Below are positions 34,686 through 44,663 of a stretch of 53,608 bases of DNA, piece by piece. The position numbers were made by a program, and so were the translations under genes. The stretch is from a virus. Lineage: Duplodnaviria > Caudoviricetes. The stretch lies in the IMG/VR virus record IMGVR_UViG_3300025646_000055, positions 1 through 53,608 of that record. One strand, 5' to 3'. The notes beneath the pieces were generated by a model, which saw only the letters and a program-made list of their open reading frames with translations, had not been told where the DNA came from and did no database searches. Numbering within the stretch: position 1 is the first letter of the stretch; every line of letters begins with the position of its first letter.

Positions 34686-35708
34686 ATGTCATTTTTACCA
34701 TTAAATCCAGGAACAGATTTTATAACTAATTCAGAAGCTATTACTGCTACTTTATGGTCAGGAACAGTTCCAATATTAGCAACATTTTTTACTTCTTCTA
34801 CTCAAGAAGCAAGTTCAGCAGGTAATTTTTATTTGAATATATATCAAACAGCATCAAGTGAAGCTACTTCTGAAGTTCAATTTGCTATTGCATATGCTAA
34901 CAAATTTGGTAGTGGTAGTGCTCTTTATAATAGTGCTGTAAATGGTAATTCATATACAAGAACTATTTATGGTCAATATAGAACTCTTGTTTTAGGAGAT
35001 GAAAATGCTGATTTTAATTTTGGAGGAGTTACCCAATCTGATTTTTATGTATTATCAATAGATAGAACTAGATATAAAGAAAAAATCCTCCCAGGCACTT
35101 TTAATATTCAACTTTCAGGTTCAGGAGGAACTTTATATTTAACTGATAATAGTAAAGATGTTAGTGTTGTTAGTTTTAATGATGCTGGAAGAGTTTTCCA
35201 AATAGTTTCAGGTTCAAATGGGGCTGCATATACAGGTAATGGTTATACTGATACCTCAGGATCTTATGGTTATTTCTTACCAGATATTGGAACTATTATT
35301 TTAAATGCTCCTGCCTTAGATTTATCTTTTTCTGATGGAGGTATAAGTTTAAATACTGATAGAACTAGTAATGCTAACACAGGTTTAAATAATTCTAAAC
35401 TATTTACAGCTATTTCAGGAGCTGCATCATTCCAATTAAATTCAGAAGAAACAATTTCTTCAAATTATGCTTTTATAAGGGTTCCTAATAGTGAAATGAA
35501 TTACTCAGAAAACCCTTCATTTATTTCAGCTTCTACAGGTGAAATTATTTATTTAGATCAAGGATTTAACTTTAATCCAAGAACATATGCTACTACTATA
35601 GGTTTATATAATGATAACAATGATTTATTAGCTGTAGCTAAATTATCAAGACCAATACCTAAAGACTTTACTAAAGAATTAGCAATTAGAGTTAAATTAG
35701 ATTTTTAA
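34686..35708 (+). CDS. virion structural protein
   Basis: C-terminal TTIGLYNDNNDLLAVAKLSRPIPK. Confidence 0.7.
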   Translation: MSFLPLNPGTDFITNSEAITATLWSGTVPILATFFTSSTQEASSAGNFYLNIYQTASSEATSEVQFAIAYANKFGSGSALYNSAVNGNSYTRTIYGQYRTLVLGDENADFNFGGVTQSDFYVLSIDRTRYKEKILPGTFNIQLSGSGGTLYLTDNSKDVSVVSFNDAGRVFQIVSGSNGAAYTGNGYTDTSGSYGYFLPDIGTIILNAPALDLSFSDGGISLNTDRTSNANTGLNNSKLFTAISGAASFQLNSEETISSNYAFIRVPNSEMNYSENPSFISASTGEIIYLDQGFNFNPRTYATTIGLYNDNNDLLAVAKLSRPIPKDFTKELAIRVKLDF

Positions 35709-35718
35709 GGGATAATGA

Positions 35719-36654
35719 ATGAGTGCTTACAAACAATTTACACCCGGAGATGCTATAATTACTCCCTTTACAGTTAATAAACAATTTACTTTAGAGGGAG
35801 CAGCCAACATTACAGGTTCTGGGATTGATAGATATTATGGGAAAAATAATACTAATTTAGATTTTATCCCTTCCAATGAAGAAACTACAGGAGACAATAC
35901 TACTAGGTATAAAAAATCAGTATATGATTCTGTAAAACATTTATACTATTCTAATTTTTTATCAAGTAGTTATGGAGATAATGTAACTACAGCAAGTTTA
36001 ATTTTAGGTGTACCTGGTGCTAACAGTGATGTTAAAGTAGGACCTCATTTAGGACCTACTAGATATAATTACCCTCAAACAACTTTATCTTTCCCTAAAC
36101 ATTTTCCTACATCTTCAGATGCAATTATAGGAGTATTTACTATACCTTCTACATTATTTGGAGAGTTTATTCAACCTGAAAGTTTTTCTTATATTATAGA
36201 TGGAACTCATACCTTAACTGATGATGGAGAAGGAAATCTAATATCTGGAAGTGAAATAGTAGGGAATATTATCTATCCTCATGGGTTAGTTATCCTTACA
36301 GGAATGATAGGAGAAACTTCTTCAAGTTTAGTTGATGGGTTTGTAACAAGTTCTAATGTTACTTGTTCATTTAAAAGTTCCTATGAAATACTTGAAACCC
36401 AATATAGATGTGTTATCAGAGAAAATGAATTTAATTTATCTTTAAATCCTTCTCTTATATCAGGAAGTACCCCTTTAACAGGAAGTGAACATAGAATATA
36501 TGATTTTGCTACAGGTTCATTATTTGCTCCTTATATTACAACTATAGGTTTATATGATGATAATAACAATTTAATAGCTGTAGGAAAATTATCTCAACCT
36601 TTAGAAAGTTCCCCTACTACAGATACTGTTATTTATGTAAACTTGGATAGGTAA
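35719..36654 (+). CDS. virion structural protein; C-terminus paralogous to 34686-35708
   Basis: TTIGLYDDNNNLIAVGKLSQPL. Confidence 0.7.
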   Translation: MSAYKQFTPGDAIITPFTVNKQFTLEGAANITGSGIDRYYGKNNTNLDFIPSNEETTGDNTTRYKKSVYDSVKHLYYSNFLSSSYGDNVTTASLILGVPGANSDVKVGPHLGPTRYNYPQTTLSFPKHFPTSSDAIIGVFTIPSTLFGEFIQPESFSYIIDGTHTLTDDGEGNLISGSEIVGNIIYPHGLVILTGMIGETSSSLVDGFVTSSNVTCSFKSSYEILETQYRCVIRENEFNLSLNPSLISGSTPLTGSEHRIYDFATGSLFAPYITTIGLYDDNNNLIAVGKLSQPLESSPTTDTVIYVNLDR

Positions 36655-36655
36655 A

Positions 36656-37879
36656 ATGGCTGAAACTAAAAAATTCTCAGTAAGAACAGATGGGTCAGGA
36701 CAAAATGTTTTTGTTTCTGATGTTTTTTTACTTTCTGTTCCTGAAGAAGAAAGAACAAAAGTTTTATCTATAAACGATGATGGTAGAGTAGTTTTAACTT
36801 CAGTTAGTGGTAGTGGTGGAGGAGGAACTGTAGATACTGGTTCATTACTAAATAATGCTTCTGTTTCTCTTAATACTATAACATTTACAAGAGGAGATAG
36901 TACTACTTTTAATATAACTGTAGATACAGGTTCTGCTGCTACAGTAGATACTGGATCTTTACTTACTACAGCATCAGTTTCTCTTAATACTATAACATTT
37001 ACAAAAGGTGATGCTTCAACTTTTAATATAATAGTTGATACCGGTTCAGATGCTGTAACTTCTTATACTAATGCTACTAATAATAGAATTATAACTTCAA
37101 CAGGTGCAGGAGGAATAAATGGGGAAGCTAATTTAACCTTTGATGGTTCTGTTTTAGCTATAACAGGGGGGATAACAGCTACAATAGGAACAGGTACTGA
37201 TAATTCTGTAGTAGTAAAAAATACTTCTAATCAATTAGTAACAGATGAAATTGATCCTAAAGTATGGGCAGGAAACTTAGTTGATAAACAAGGAACACCT
37301 GTACAATATCAAGTAGCTATATTTAATGATTCTGATACACTTGTTGGATCCTCAAATCTTACATTTGATAATTCCACTTTATCAGTAACAGGTAATGTTA
37401 CAGCTACTTCTTTCACAGGTAGTTTATCAGGTTCAGCATTAACTTCAATCACAGCTTCTTATGCTTTAACAGCCTCAGTATTAGATGGAGTTGTAACTAG
37501 TGCTTCTTTTGCTGAAACTGCTTCTTTAGCAAATCAATTAAATCCTACAGGATTTTTTAAACCACTTGGTACTTCTATTACAACTAATAAAAGCACTACT
37601 TCAACCCCTTCCGGTTATTTTTACCCAATGGATTCAAGTGGGGGTACTATTACTTTTACTTTAGATGCTGGTGGAGCAAGCCTCTCAGGAGGAGAAGAAT
37701 GGGAGTTTTTTGTATTAGATTTAACTAATCAAATTAATTTTGCAGCAACAGGAGGTGAAAGTGTTATTTCTGAAAATGGGTTAAAAGCAAATTCTACTGG
37801 TTCTGCAATAGTAGCCAAATTTTTAGGTAGTATAGGAGGAACAAATACTTGGGCATTAGTAGGAAGTTTACAACCTTAA
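36656..37879 (+). CDS. tail-fibre-like protein
   Basis: Ser/Thr/Gly-rich; internal repeats; GEANLTFDG motifs. Confidence 0.7.
   Translation: MAETKKFSVRTDGSGQNVFVSDVFLLSVPEEERTKVLSINDDGRVVLTSVSGSGGGGTVDTGSLLNNASVSLNTITFTRGDSTTFNITVDTGSAATVDTGSLLTTASVSLNTITFTKGDASTFNIIVDTGSDAVTSYTNATNNRIITSTGAGGINGEANLTFDGSVLAITGGITATIGTGTDNSVVVKNTSNQLVTDEIDPKVWAGNLVDKQGTPVQYQVAIFNDSDTLVGSSNLTFDNSTLSVTGNVTATSFTGSLSGSALTSITASYALTASVLDGVVTSASFAETASLANQLNPTGFFKPLGTSITTNKSTTSTPSGYFYPMDSSGGTITFTLDAGGASLSGGEEWEFFVLDLTNQINFAATGGESVISENGLKANSTGSAIVAKFLGSIGGTNTWALVGSLQP
36827..37048 (+). repeat. 2x 114-nt (38-aa) coding tandem repeat
   Basis: TVDTGSLL..ASVSLNTITFT.GD..TFNI.VDTGS twice. Confidence 0.9.
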
Positions 37880-37883
37880 CCAT

Positions 37884-38183
37884 ATGAAATTAGGAATATA
37901 TGCTAGGGCAGGACAAATTGCTAACACCCCTAGTTTTATTGAAATAACAGCAGAATATAATGCAACTCGTTCAGATAGATTATGTGGGGGTGATTCTACA
38001 ACTCAAGTAGTTTATACTGCTACCTCTTCTACTATAGCTGATGCTTTTTTAAATGATGAATCTCTTTATACTGATAGTGCTTTAACTACTTTAGCAACAA
38101 CTGGTTTTTATACAGATACTATTGGGACTACTAATTATGGATGGAATTCATCAACAGGATGGGTAGGTGAATATCCTTGTTAA
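37884..38183 (+). CDS. small fibre-associated protein
   Basis: ORF after the fibre gene. Confidence 0.65.
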   Translation: MKLGIYARAGQIANTPSFIEITAEYNATRSDRLCGGDSTTQVVYTATSSTIADAFLNDESLYTDSALTTLATTGFYTDTIGTTNYGWNSSTGWVGEYPC

Positions 38184-38195
38184 TATGTATGTTAT

Positions 38196-38642
38196 ATGTG
38201 GTTATATAAAGAAAAAGAAATACAAACAGTTGAAGATTTTGGAGAAAATTCCCCATTTGGGTTTATTTACATAGTTACACATCTTCCTACAGGTAAAAAA
38301 TATTTAGGTAAAAAATCTTTATTTCATACCTTAAATAAAAAATTAGGTAAAAAAGAACTTGCACAACAACCTGTTACAAGGGGTAGAACTAAAACAACAA
38401 AACAAATAATAAAAGAATCTGATTGGAAAACATATTATGGTTCAGAAGAATTTATTAAACAAAAAATCAAAGAAGGTAAACAAGAAGAATTTACTCGTGA
38501 AATAATACAATTAGTATATAGTAAAAAATTACTTACATATTTTGAATGTAAATATCAATTTATGTATGGTGTATTAGAAAACACAGACTGGGTAAATAAT
38601 AATATTTTAGGAAAGTTTTTTAGTAAAGACTTTGATATTTAA
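38196..38642 (+). CDS. GIY-YIG family nuclease
   Basis: GFIYIVTHLPTGKKYLGKK...YYGS. Confidence 0.75.
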   Translation: MWLYKEKEIQTVEDFGENSPFGFIYIVTHLPTGKKYLGKKSLFHTLNKKLGKKELAQQPVTRGRTKTTKQIIKESDWKTYYGSEEFIKQKIKEGKQEEFTREIIQLVYSKKLLTYFECKYQFMYGVLENTDWVNNNILGKFFSKDFDI

Positions 38643-38666
38643 AATAAATTTCTTATATTAATTGTT

Positions 38667-39596
38667 ATGATAAATGAACTTCTAGTAAATCTAGTAGACT
38701 CGGTTTTAGGTGCTGGTAAAAGAACATCAAGAGGAAATGTAGCATACCATTGTCCTTATTGCAACCATCATAAACCTAAATTAGAAGTTAATTTCTCTCA
38801 AAATAAAAAAGGATATAATCCTTGGCATTGTTGGGTTTGTGATAAGAGGGGTTCTAAAATATCTTTACTATTTAAAAAAATAGGAGCATCTTCTGAAAAA
38901 TTTGAAGAATTAAAAAATTTAATAGGATCTGAAACTGAAGTTAAAGAAGATTTAACTCTTAAAACTGAAGTTAAATTACCATCTGAGTTTAAAGAAATAT
39001 TAAATAATAAAGATCTTCTAGCCCGTCATGCTTTGGTATATTTAAAAAACAGAGGTCTTACAGAAGATGATATTTTAAAATATGGGATAGGGTATTGCGA
39101 CTCAGGGAATTATTCTAAAATGATAATTATTCCTTCATATGATGAAGAAGGAAAATTAAATTATTTCACAGGACGTTCTTTTGAAAAAAATCCTTATGTT
39201 AAGTATAGAAACCCAGATGTTTCCCGAGATATAATACCATTTGGTTTGTTTATTAATTGGGAAATACCGTTAATTCTTTGCGAAGGAGCTTTTGACGCCA
39301 TAGCCATTAAAAGAAATGCTATCCCGTTATTAGGCAAGAATATTCAAGAAAATTTAATGAAAAAAATTGTTACTTCAAAGGTACAAAAAATATACATTGC
39401 TTTAGATTCTGATGCTAAAAAACAAGCTTTAAAGTTTGTTGAAGAGTTTATGAATGAAGGTAAAGAAGTATATTTAGTAGAACTTGAAGGTAAAGATCCA
39501 AGTGAGATGGGTTTTGAACAATTTACTAAACTAATCCAAAATACTTTTCCTCTCACTCAATATGATTTAATGGAAAAGAAACTCGAACTTATATGA
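38667..39596 (+). CDS. DNA primase (Zn finger + TOPRIM)
   Basis: CPYC..H...CWVC; LCEGAFDA; ALDSDA; KDPSE. Confidence 0.92.
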   Translation: MINELLVNLVDSVLGAGKRTSRGNVAYHCPYCNHHKPKLEVNFSQNKKGYNPWHCWVCDKRGSKISLLFKKIGASSEKFEELKNLIGSETEVKEDLTLKTEVKLPSEFKEILNNKDLLARHALVYLKNRGLTEDDILKYGIGYCDSGNYSKMIIIPSYDEEGKLNYFTGRSFEKNPYVKYRNPDVSRDIIPFGLFINWEIPLILCEGAFDAIAIKRNAIPLLGKNIQENLMKKIVTSKVQKIYIALDSDAKKQALKFVEEFMNEGKEVYLVELEGKDPSEMGFEQFTKLIQNTFPLTQYDLMEKKLELI

Positions 39597-40366
39597 GTAA
39601 AAGAAATATTAAAAAATCCTATGATAGAATTCTAGAAATTTCTGAGGATGCTAAGCAAATCACAATGCCAGACTCACGTTATTACAGACGTAATGGTGAA
39701 TATTATCCCTCAGTAACCTATGTTTTATCATATTATCCTAAGGGTAAATTTTTTGAAGATTGGCTTAAAAAAGTAGGATACTCAGCTGATTATATTGTTA
39801 AAAAATCTGGTGAGGAAGGTACACAAGTACATGAGATGATTGAGGCTTATTTAAATGGTGAAGAATTAAATTTTCTTAATATTCATGGTCGTCCTCAATA
39901 CCATCCTGATGTATGGCAGATGTTTTTAAGATTTGTAGAATGGTGGGAAACTTACAAACCAACTCTAATTGAAACCGAAGTACATTTATTTTCAGATGTA
40001 CTTAAAGTAGCAGGTACTTGTGATATGGTTTGTGAAATTAATGGTGAACTTTGGATTGTAGATTTTAAAACATCTAATCATCTTCAACCTACTTATGATT
40101 TACAAACCGCAGTTTATGGTAAATGTTATGAAGAATGTTATGGTAAAGTTCCTCAACGTTTTGGAATTCTTTGGTTAAAATCAAATAAAAGAAAACATGC
40201 TGTAGGTAAAATGCAAGGTAAAGGGTGGGAAATGTATGAATCTTCTCGCTCATATGAAGAAAATTTAGATATATTTTTAACAGTTAAAAAATTATTTGAT
40301 TTAGAAAACCCTCAACATAAACCTATATTTACAGAATTTCGTACCTCAGCAAAACGTAATTTGTAG
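39593..40366 (+). CDS. PD-(D/E)XK exonuclease
   Basis: YPSVTYVL...GTQVH...AGTCD...IVDFKTS...QTAVY. Confidence 0.88.
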   Translation: MSKRNIKKSYDRILEISEDAKQITMPDSRYYRRNGEYYPSVTYVLSYYPKGKFFEDWLKKVGYSADYIVKKSGEEGTQVHEMIEAYLNGEELNFLNIHGRPQYHPDVWQMFLRFVEWWETYKPTLIETEVHLFSDVLKVAGTCDMVCEINGELWIVDFKTSNHLQPTYDLQTAVYGKCYEECYGKVPQRFGILWLKSNKRKHAVGKMQGKGWEMYESSRSYEENLDIFLTVKKLFDLENPQHKPIFTEFRTSAKRNL

Positions 40367-40408
40367 ATATTATGTTTTTTTCATATATTTATACATAAAC
40401 GTGTATAA

Positions 40409-41374
40409 ATGATATCATTATTAAAATTAATATTAGAGGATAATGGTAATCCTAAAGGTATTATACTAGCTGGAGGTGCTGGTGTTGGAAAATCATATGT
40501 GGTTAGAAATTTATTAGGAGATTTAAATGAAAAAACTGGAATTTTTACCCCTAAAGGTTCAAATTTAAAATTTAAATATATGAACCCTGATGATATTGTA
40601 GAAAAAGAAGGAACTTCTTTGGGGGTAGCTATGGGGAAATTTAAAGAAATATTCCAGGATGCTCAAAATAAAAAAGAAAATATCATTTGGGATACTACCG
40701 CAGCTAATATCAAAAATACAATGGCTCAAATGCCGGGGTATGATAAATTTATGGTTATGGTTTATACTCACCCTATAATTTCGTTGTATCAAAATGCAAA
40801 AAGGGAAAGAACATTACCTATGGAAGCTGCTATTAAAACTTGGGATGGTGTTTACAGTAATATAGAGGAATATAAAAAATTATTTGGAGATAAATTTGTT
40901 TTAATTAAAAATGTTATCCCTGGATATGAAAAACAGGTTCAAGAATTTGATAAAGCTGTAGCTGGTGGTAAGGATAGTTTAAAACAATACTTAGAAAATT
41001 TAATAGCTAACAATCAAGAACAATTTAAATCTTCATTTTCAAAAGAATTTGAATTTGAAAATAAAGAAATTGAACAGGCGTTTAATGATGCTTTACCTGA
41101 AACCTCTTACGATGAGAAAAAAGATAAGAGTATTTTAAAAGGAGTGAAAAAAGAATTTCAAAAAGATTATTTAAAAAAGAATGAAGATCCTGGTTCTAAA
41201 GTATTAGAAAAAAAACTCCAGTCAGCTCGTAATACAAAAGAAAAAAATGAACAAAATTACAATGAAGATTTAGAAGGTATTGTTAATAAATTAACATCTT
41301 CTAAATTTAAAGAAATTACCGAACCTAATTCTGAAGAAGATATCAAATCTAAATTTAATTCTTTTTTAAAATGA
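40409..41374 (+). CDS. P-loop kinase (zeta toxin / AAA_33-like)
   Basis: LAGGAGVGKS, NPDD, IWDTT, NAKRER. Confidence 0.8.
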   Translation: MISLLKLILEDNGNPKGIILAGGAGVGKSYVVRNLLGDLNEKTGIFTPKGSNLKFKYMNPDDIVEKEGTSLGVAMGKFKEIFQDAQNKKENIIWDTTAANIKNTMAQMPGYDKFMVMVYTHPIISLYQNAKRERTLPMEAAIKTWDGVYSNIEEYKKLFGDKFVLIKNVIPGYEKQVQEFDKAVAGGKDSLKQYLENLIANNQEQFKSSFSKEFEFENKEIEQAFNDALPETSYDEKKDKSILKGVKKEFQKDYLKKNEDPGSKVLEKKLQSARNTKEKNEQNYNEDLEGIVNKLTSSKFKEITEPNSEEDIKSKFNSFLK

Positions 41375-43887
41375 ATGAATTGTCTCAATTTTTAGTAGAT
41401 AGCATTTTAAATGAAGCTGAATCTGATGTAATTACTGCTTTATTTGGGGGAGGTTTTAAACCACCTACTAAAGGCCACTTAGAGGTAGTTTTAAAAGCTA
41501 TTCAAGACAACCCAGAAATAGACCAAGTTTATATAATTGTTGGAGCCGGGGTTAGAAATGGCATTTCACAAGAACAATCTGTTAAAATCTGGGAGAAATA
41601 CAAAAAATTAATCCCTAAAACTACAGAAATTATAGAAGCAGGTTCTCCTATATCTTGGATAAAAGATTATTTAAAAGATCATTCTGAAGATAAAACCTAT
41701 ATTTTAATAGGGGCTAGAGAGGGTGATGAAGAAGATGAAAAAGATTTAGAACAAAGATCCAATTTACTCCAGAAATATGGGGGTGAAATAAAACCTATTT
41801 ATACTAAAGGTGGAATTAGTGGTACAAAAGCAAGAGAAGCTGCTAAACAATCTAAAGAAGCATTCTACCAATTTATCCCTGATCAATTTTCAGATTCAGA
41901 TAAAGAAGAAATTTATAATATTATAATACCAACACTAAATGAGGTAGATGAATTAAAAGAAAATTTAAATGAAAATGCTACATATTCTTCAGATATAGAT
42001 TATAAACAACATATTAAAGAATTAACTAAACATATGTTAGAGAAGGGTATGAATATTACCCCATTACCAAAAGTAATATTTAGAAATGGTGATAGTAATA
42101 ATGCACGTAATTTCTTTGGTAAAACAGCATATTATGACCCAAATACTCAAACTATAGTACTTTATACTGAGGGTCGTCATCCTAAAGATATTGTCCGTTC
42201 ATTTTCCCATGAAATGATACACCATATCCAAAATTTAGAAGGCAGATTAGGTAATATACAGGGTACAAATACAATGGAAGATGACCATTTAGATAAATTA
42301 GAACAAGAAGCTAATTTAAATGGTACAATGACATTTAGAAATTGGACTGATAGCTTAAACGAAAAGAAAAATAAAGATCCATTTGGTATAAATCAATATG
42401 CTCGTGAATTAGCTAAAGGTTTAGAAGAAGAATTAGACGAAGGTCGTAAAAAGAAAAAAGACCCTAAAACCGGTACAGGTAAAAAATTAGATATACCTGG
42501 TGGATTAGAAGAAGGTAAACAAGTTGGTCTTTTATATCATTTTACTAGTACAAATTCATTAGATAAAATATTAAAAGATAATAAAATAAATGGTTCTTTT
42601 ATGTATGAAGTAGGTGATAAAGAATTATATGGTGTTTCTACTACTCGTAATAAAAATTTAAATTATGATCTTCAAAGAAATAATGTAAGAATAACTCTTG
42701 ATGGTAATAAATTATCTAATAATTATAAAATAACTCCTAGAGATTATTTTGAAAGACAATATAATATTCCTGATAACCCCCAAACAATTGATGAAGACGA
42801 GGAAGTTATTTTAACACCTAAAGGATACATTAATAATATAAAAAATTATATTTTAGCTGTTGATAAAGTAAAAGATTTAGAAGAAAGTAGAAAAAAGAAA
42901 AAAGACCCTAAAAAAGGAACAGGTAAAAAACCAGAAGGATCTGGTCGTAAAAATTTTAATGTAGAAAACGTAAGACAAGTTCCTATAAATGAAAATGTTC
43001 CTAGTGCCAAAGATGATGGTAAAGCTACCCCTTATGGTTCAGGGTATGAAAAAGTTAAGGAAGAAATGTTCCAATCTTCAAAAATTGAAAACCAACTAAA
43101 ACAAAAATACTTAGAAGTATTAGAAAAACTTTTCTTATTTGAAAAAGGTAATTATATTGAACTTAATTTAATTAAAATTAAACCCGAATATAAAGGTAAA
43201 GGATGGGCTACTAAAATATTAGATGATTTATCCGAATATGCTCAAGAAAATAATAAAATATTAACATTAACTCCCTCAGATACTTTTGGAGCTTCTAAAT
43301 CAAGATTAGAAAAGTTTTATAAACGTTTTGGTTTTGTTCCTAATAAAGGAAAAAATAAGGATTTTACTACTAAAGATACAATGATTAGACCCTTAAGTGA
43401 AGATACAAGTGAATTATTTACTATCTATTTGGATATGGATGGTGTTATTGCTGATTTTGATAAAAGATTTACTGAACTAGCAGGTATGGGTCCTAGAGAA
43501 TATGAAGATTCTTTTGGTACTGAAAAATTTTGGGATTTTATTGATAATAAACACGGTGTTAAGTTTTGGACTGGTATAGAATGGATGCCTGAAGGTCAAA
43601 AACTATACAATTTTGTTAAACAATTTGACCATAAATTACTATCAGCCCCTTCAAGAAATGATGCTTCTAAAATAGGTAAAAGAATGTGGGCTAAGAAAAA
43701 TACCCCAGGAACTCAATTGATATTAGCTGCAGCTGTTAACAAACAAAATTATGCTGATAAATCTAATATATTAATTGATGATAGAGAAAAAAATATCCAA
43801 CAGTGGAAAGATGCTGGTGGAATAGGTATTTTATTTAAATCTACAGATCAGGTTATTGATGAGTTAAAAAAGATTATGAATTTATGA
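41371..43887 (+). CDS. multidomain protein: HIGH-type nucleotidyltransferase + zincin + ART-like + GNAT + HAD nucleotidase
   Basis: GGGFKPPTKGH; HEMIHH; LYHFT..VSTTRN..EDEE; YKGKGWA..FYKRFGF; DMDGVIADF..LIDD. Confidence 0.8.
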   Translation: MNELSQFLVDSILNEAESDVITALFGGGFKPPTKGHLEVVLKAIQDNPEIDQVYIIVGAGVRNGISQEQSVKIWEKYKKLIPKTTEIIEAGSPISWIKDYLKDHSEDKTYILIGAREGDEEDEKDLEQRSNLLQKYGGEIKPIYTKGGISGTKAREAAKQSKEAFYQFIPDQFSDSDKEEIYNIIIPTLNEVDELKENLNENATYSSDIDYKQHIKELTKHMLEKGMNITPLPKVIFRNGDSNNARNFFGKTAYYDPNTQTIVLYTEGRHPKDIVRSFSHEMIHHIQNLEGRLGNIQGTNTMEDDHLDKLEQEANLNGTMTFRNWTDSLNEKKNKDPFGINQYARELAKGLEEELDEGRKKKKDPKTGTGKKLDIPGGLEEGKQVGLLYHFTSTNSLDKILKDNKINGSFMYEVGDKELYGVSTTRNKNLNYDLQRNNVRITLDGNKLSNNYKITPRDYFERQYNIPDNPQTIDEDEEVILTPKGYINNIKNYILAVDKVKDLEESRKKKKDPKKGTGKKPEGSGRKNFNVENVRQVPINENVPSAKDDGKATPYGSGYEKVKEEMFQSSKIENQLKQKYLEVLEKLFLFEKGNYIELNLIKIKPEYKGKGWATKILDDLSEYAQENNKILTLTPSDTFGASKSRLEKFYKRFGFVPNKGKNKDFTTKDTMIRPLSEDTSELFTIYLDMDGVIADFDKRFTELAGMGPREYEDSFGTEKFWDFIDNKHGVKFWTGIEWMPEGQKLYNFVKQFDHKLLSAPSRNDASKIGKRMWAKKNTPGTQLILAAAVNKQNYADKSNILIDDREKNIQQWKDAGGIGILFKSTDQVIDELKKIMNL

Positions 43888-44462
43888 AAAAAGATAATGT
43901 TTTAAAAAAAGAGTTTAGTAAACGAGATGTAGAACGCATGCGTAACCTTGTAAAGGGAAATACAGGGAACAGAACAACTCAAGGTGTAGGTTTTTCTAAA
44001 AAACAAGAATTTCATAAAGAAGGAGATGTATGGGAAGAAGATGGTAGGACTTGGACTATTAAAAATGGTTTAAAACAAAATATAACTAAATTAGATAAAG
44101 CTAAAAAAGCACATTTATTTCCAATGTTTTGTCCTTCTTGTAAGTCTAAAATGACTCCCCATATTGATAAACAATATTATAAAATACATAAAAAATGTTT
44201 AAATTGTGTTATTGATATGGAACATCAAATCCGTGTTGAGGGAAGATGGGAAGAGTATGAAAAAGAAATGAAAAATAAAGAAATTGATTCTATTATAGAA
44301 GATTATACAAAATGGATAAATGATTTTATCCAAGGTAATACTCAATCTTATATTGCTGAAAATGGTGATATAGAGACTTGGAAAGAAAATACTAATAAAG
44401 AAGAATTAGTTAAAAGATTAGAGGAAGGTATTGCTTTTCTTAAAAGTATGAAAGTTTCTTAA
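43884..44462 (+). CDS. hypothetical protein with Zn finger
   Basis: CPSC...CLNC. Confidence 0.75.
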   Translation: MKKDNVLKKEFSKRDVERMRNLVKGNTGNRTTQGVGFSKKQEFHKEGDVWEEDGRTWTIKNGLKQNITKLDKAKKAHLFPMFCPSCKSKMTPHIDKQYYKIHKKCLNCVIDMEHQIRVEGRWEEYEKEMKNKEIDSIIEDYTKWINDFIQGNTQSYIAENGDIETWKENTNKEELVKRLEEGIAFLKSMKVS

Positions 44463-44486
44463 AATTAATATTTATATTTATAATAT

Positions 44487-44663
44487 ATGGGAATATTTGA
44501 TAAATTAAAATACGGTAACACTTTTGGTAAAACAGTTTCAATTAAAGATACTGTAGTAAAACAATATCCAAAAGAGATAAAACAAGTAGAAGAACCTATA
44601 GTTGAAAAACCTAAATCAAAAAAGAAATCAACCCCATCTTTGGATATCGAAGAAACCCTTTAA
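44487..44663 (+). CDS. small hypothetical protein (58 aa, MGIFDKLKYG...)
   Basis: Read manually; follows an ATATTTATA motif. Confidence 0.6.
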   Translation: MGIFDKLKYGNTFGKTVSIKDTVVKQYPKEIKQVEEPIVEKPKSKKKSTPSLDIEETL

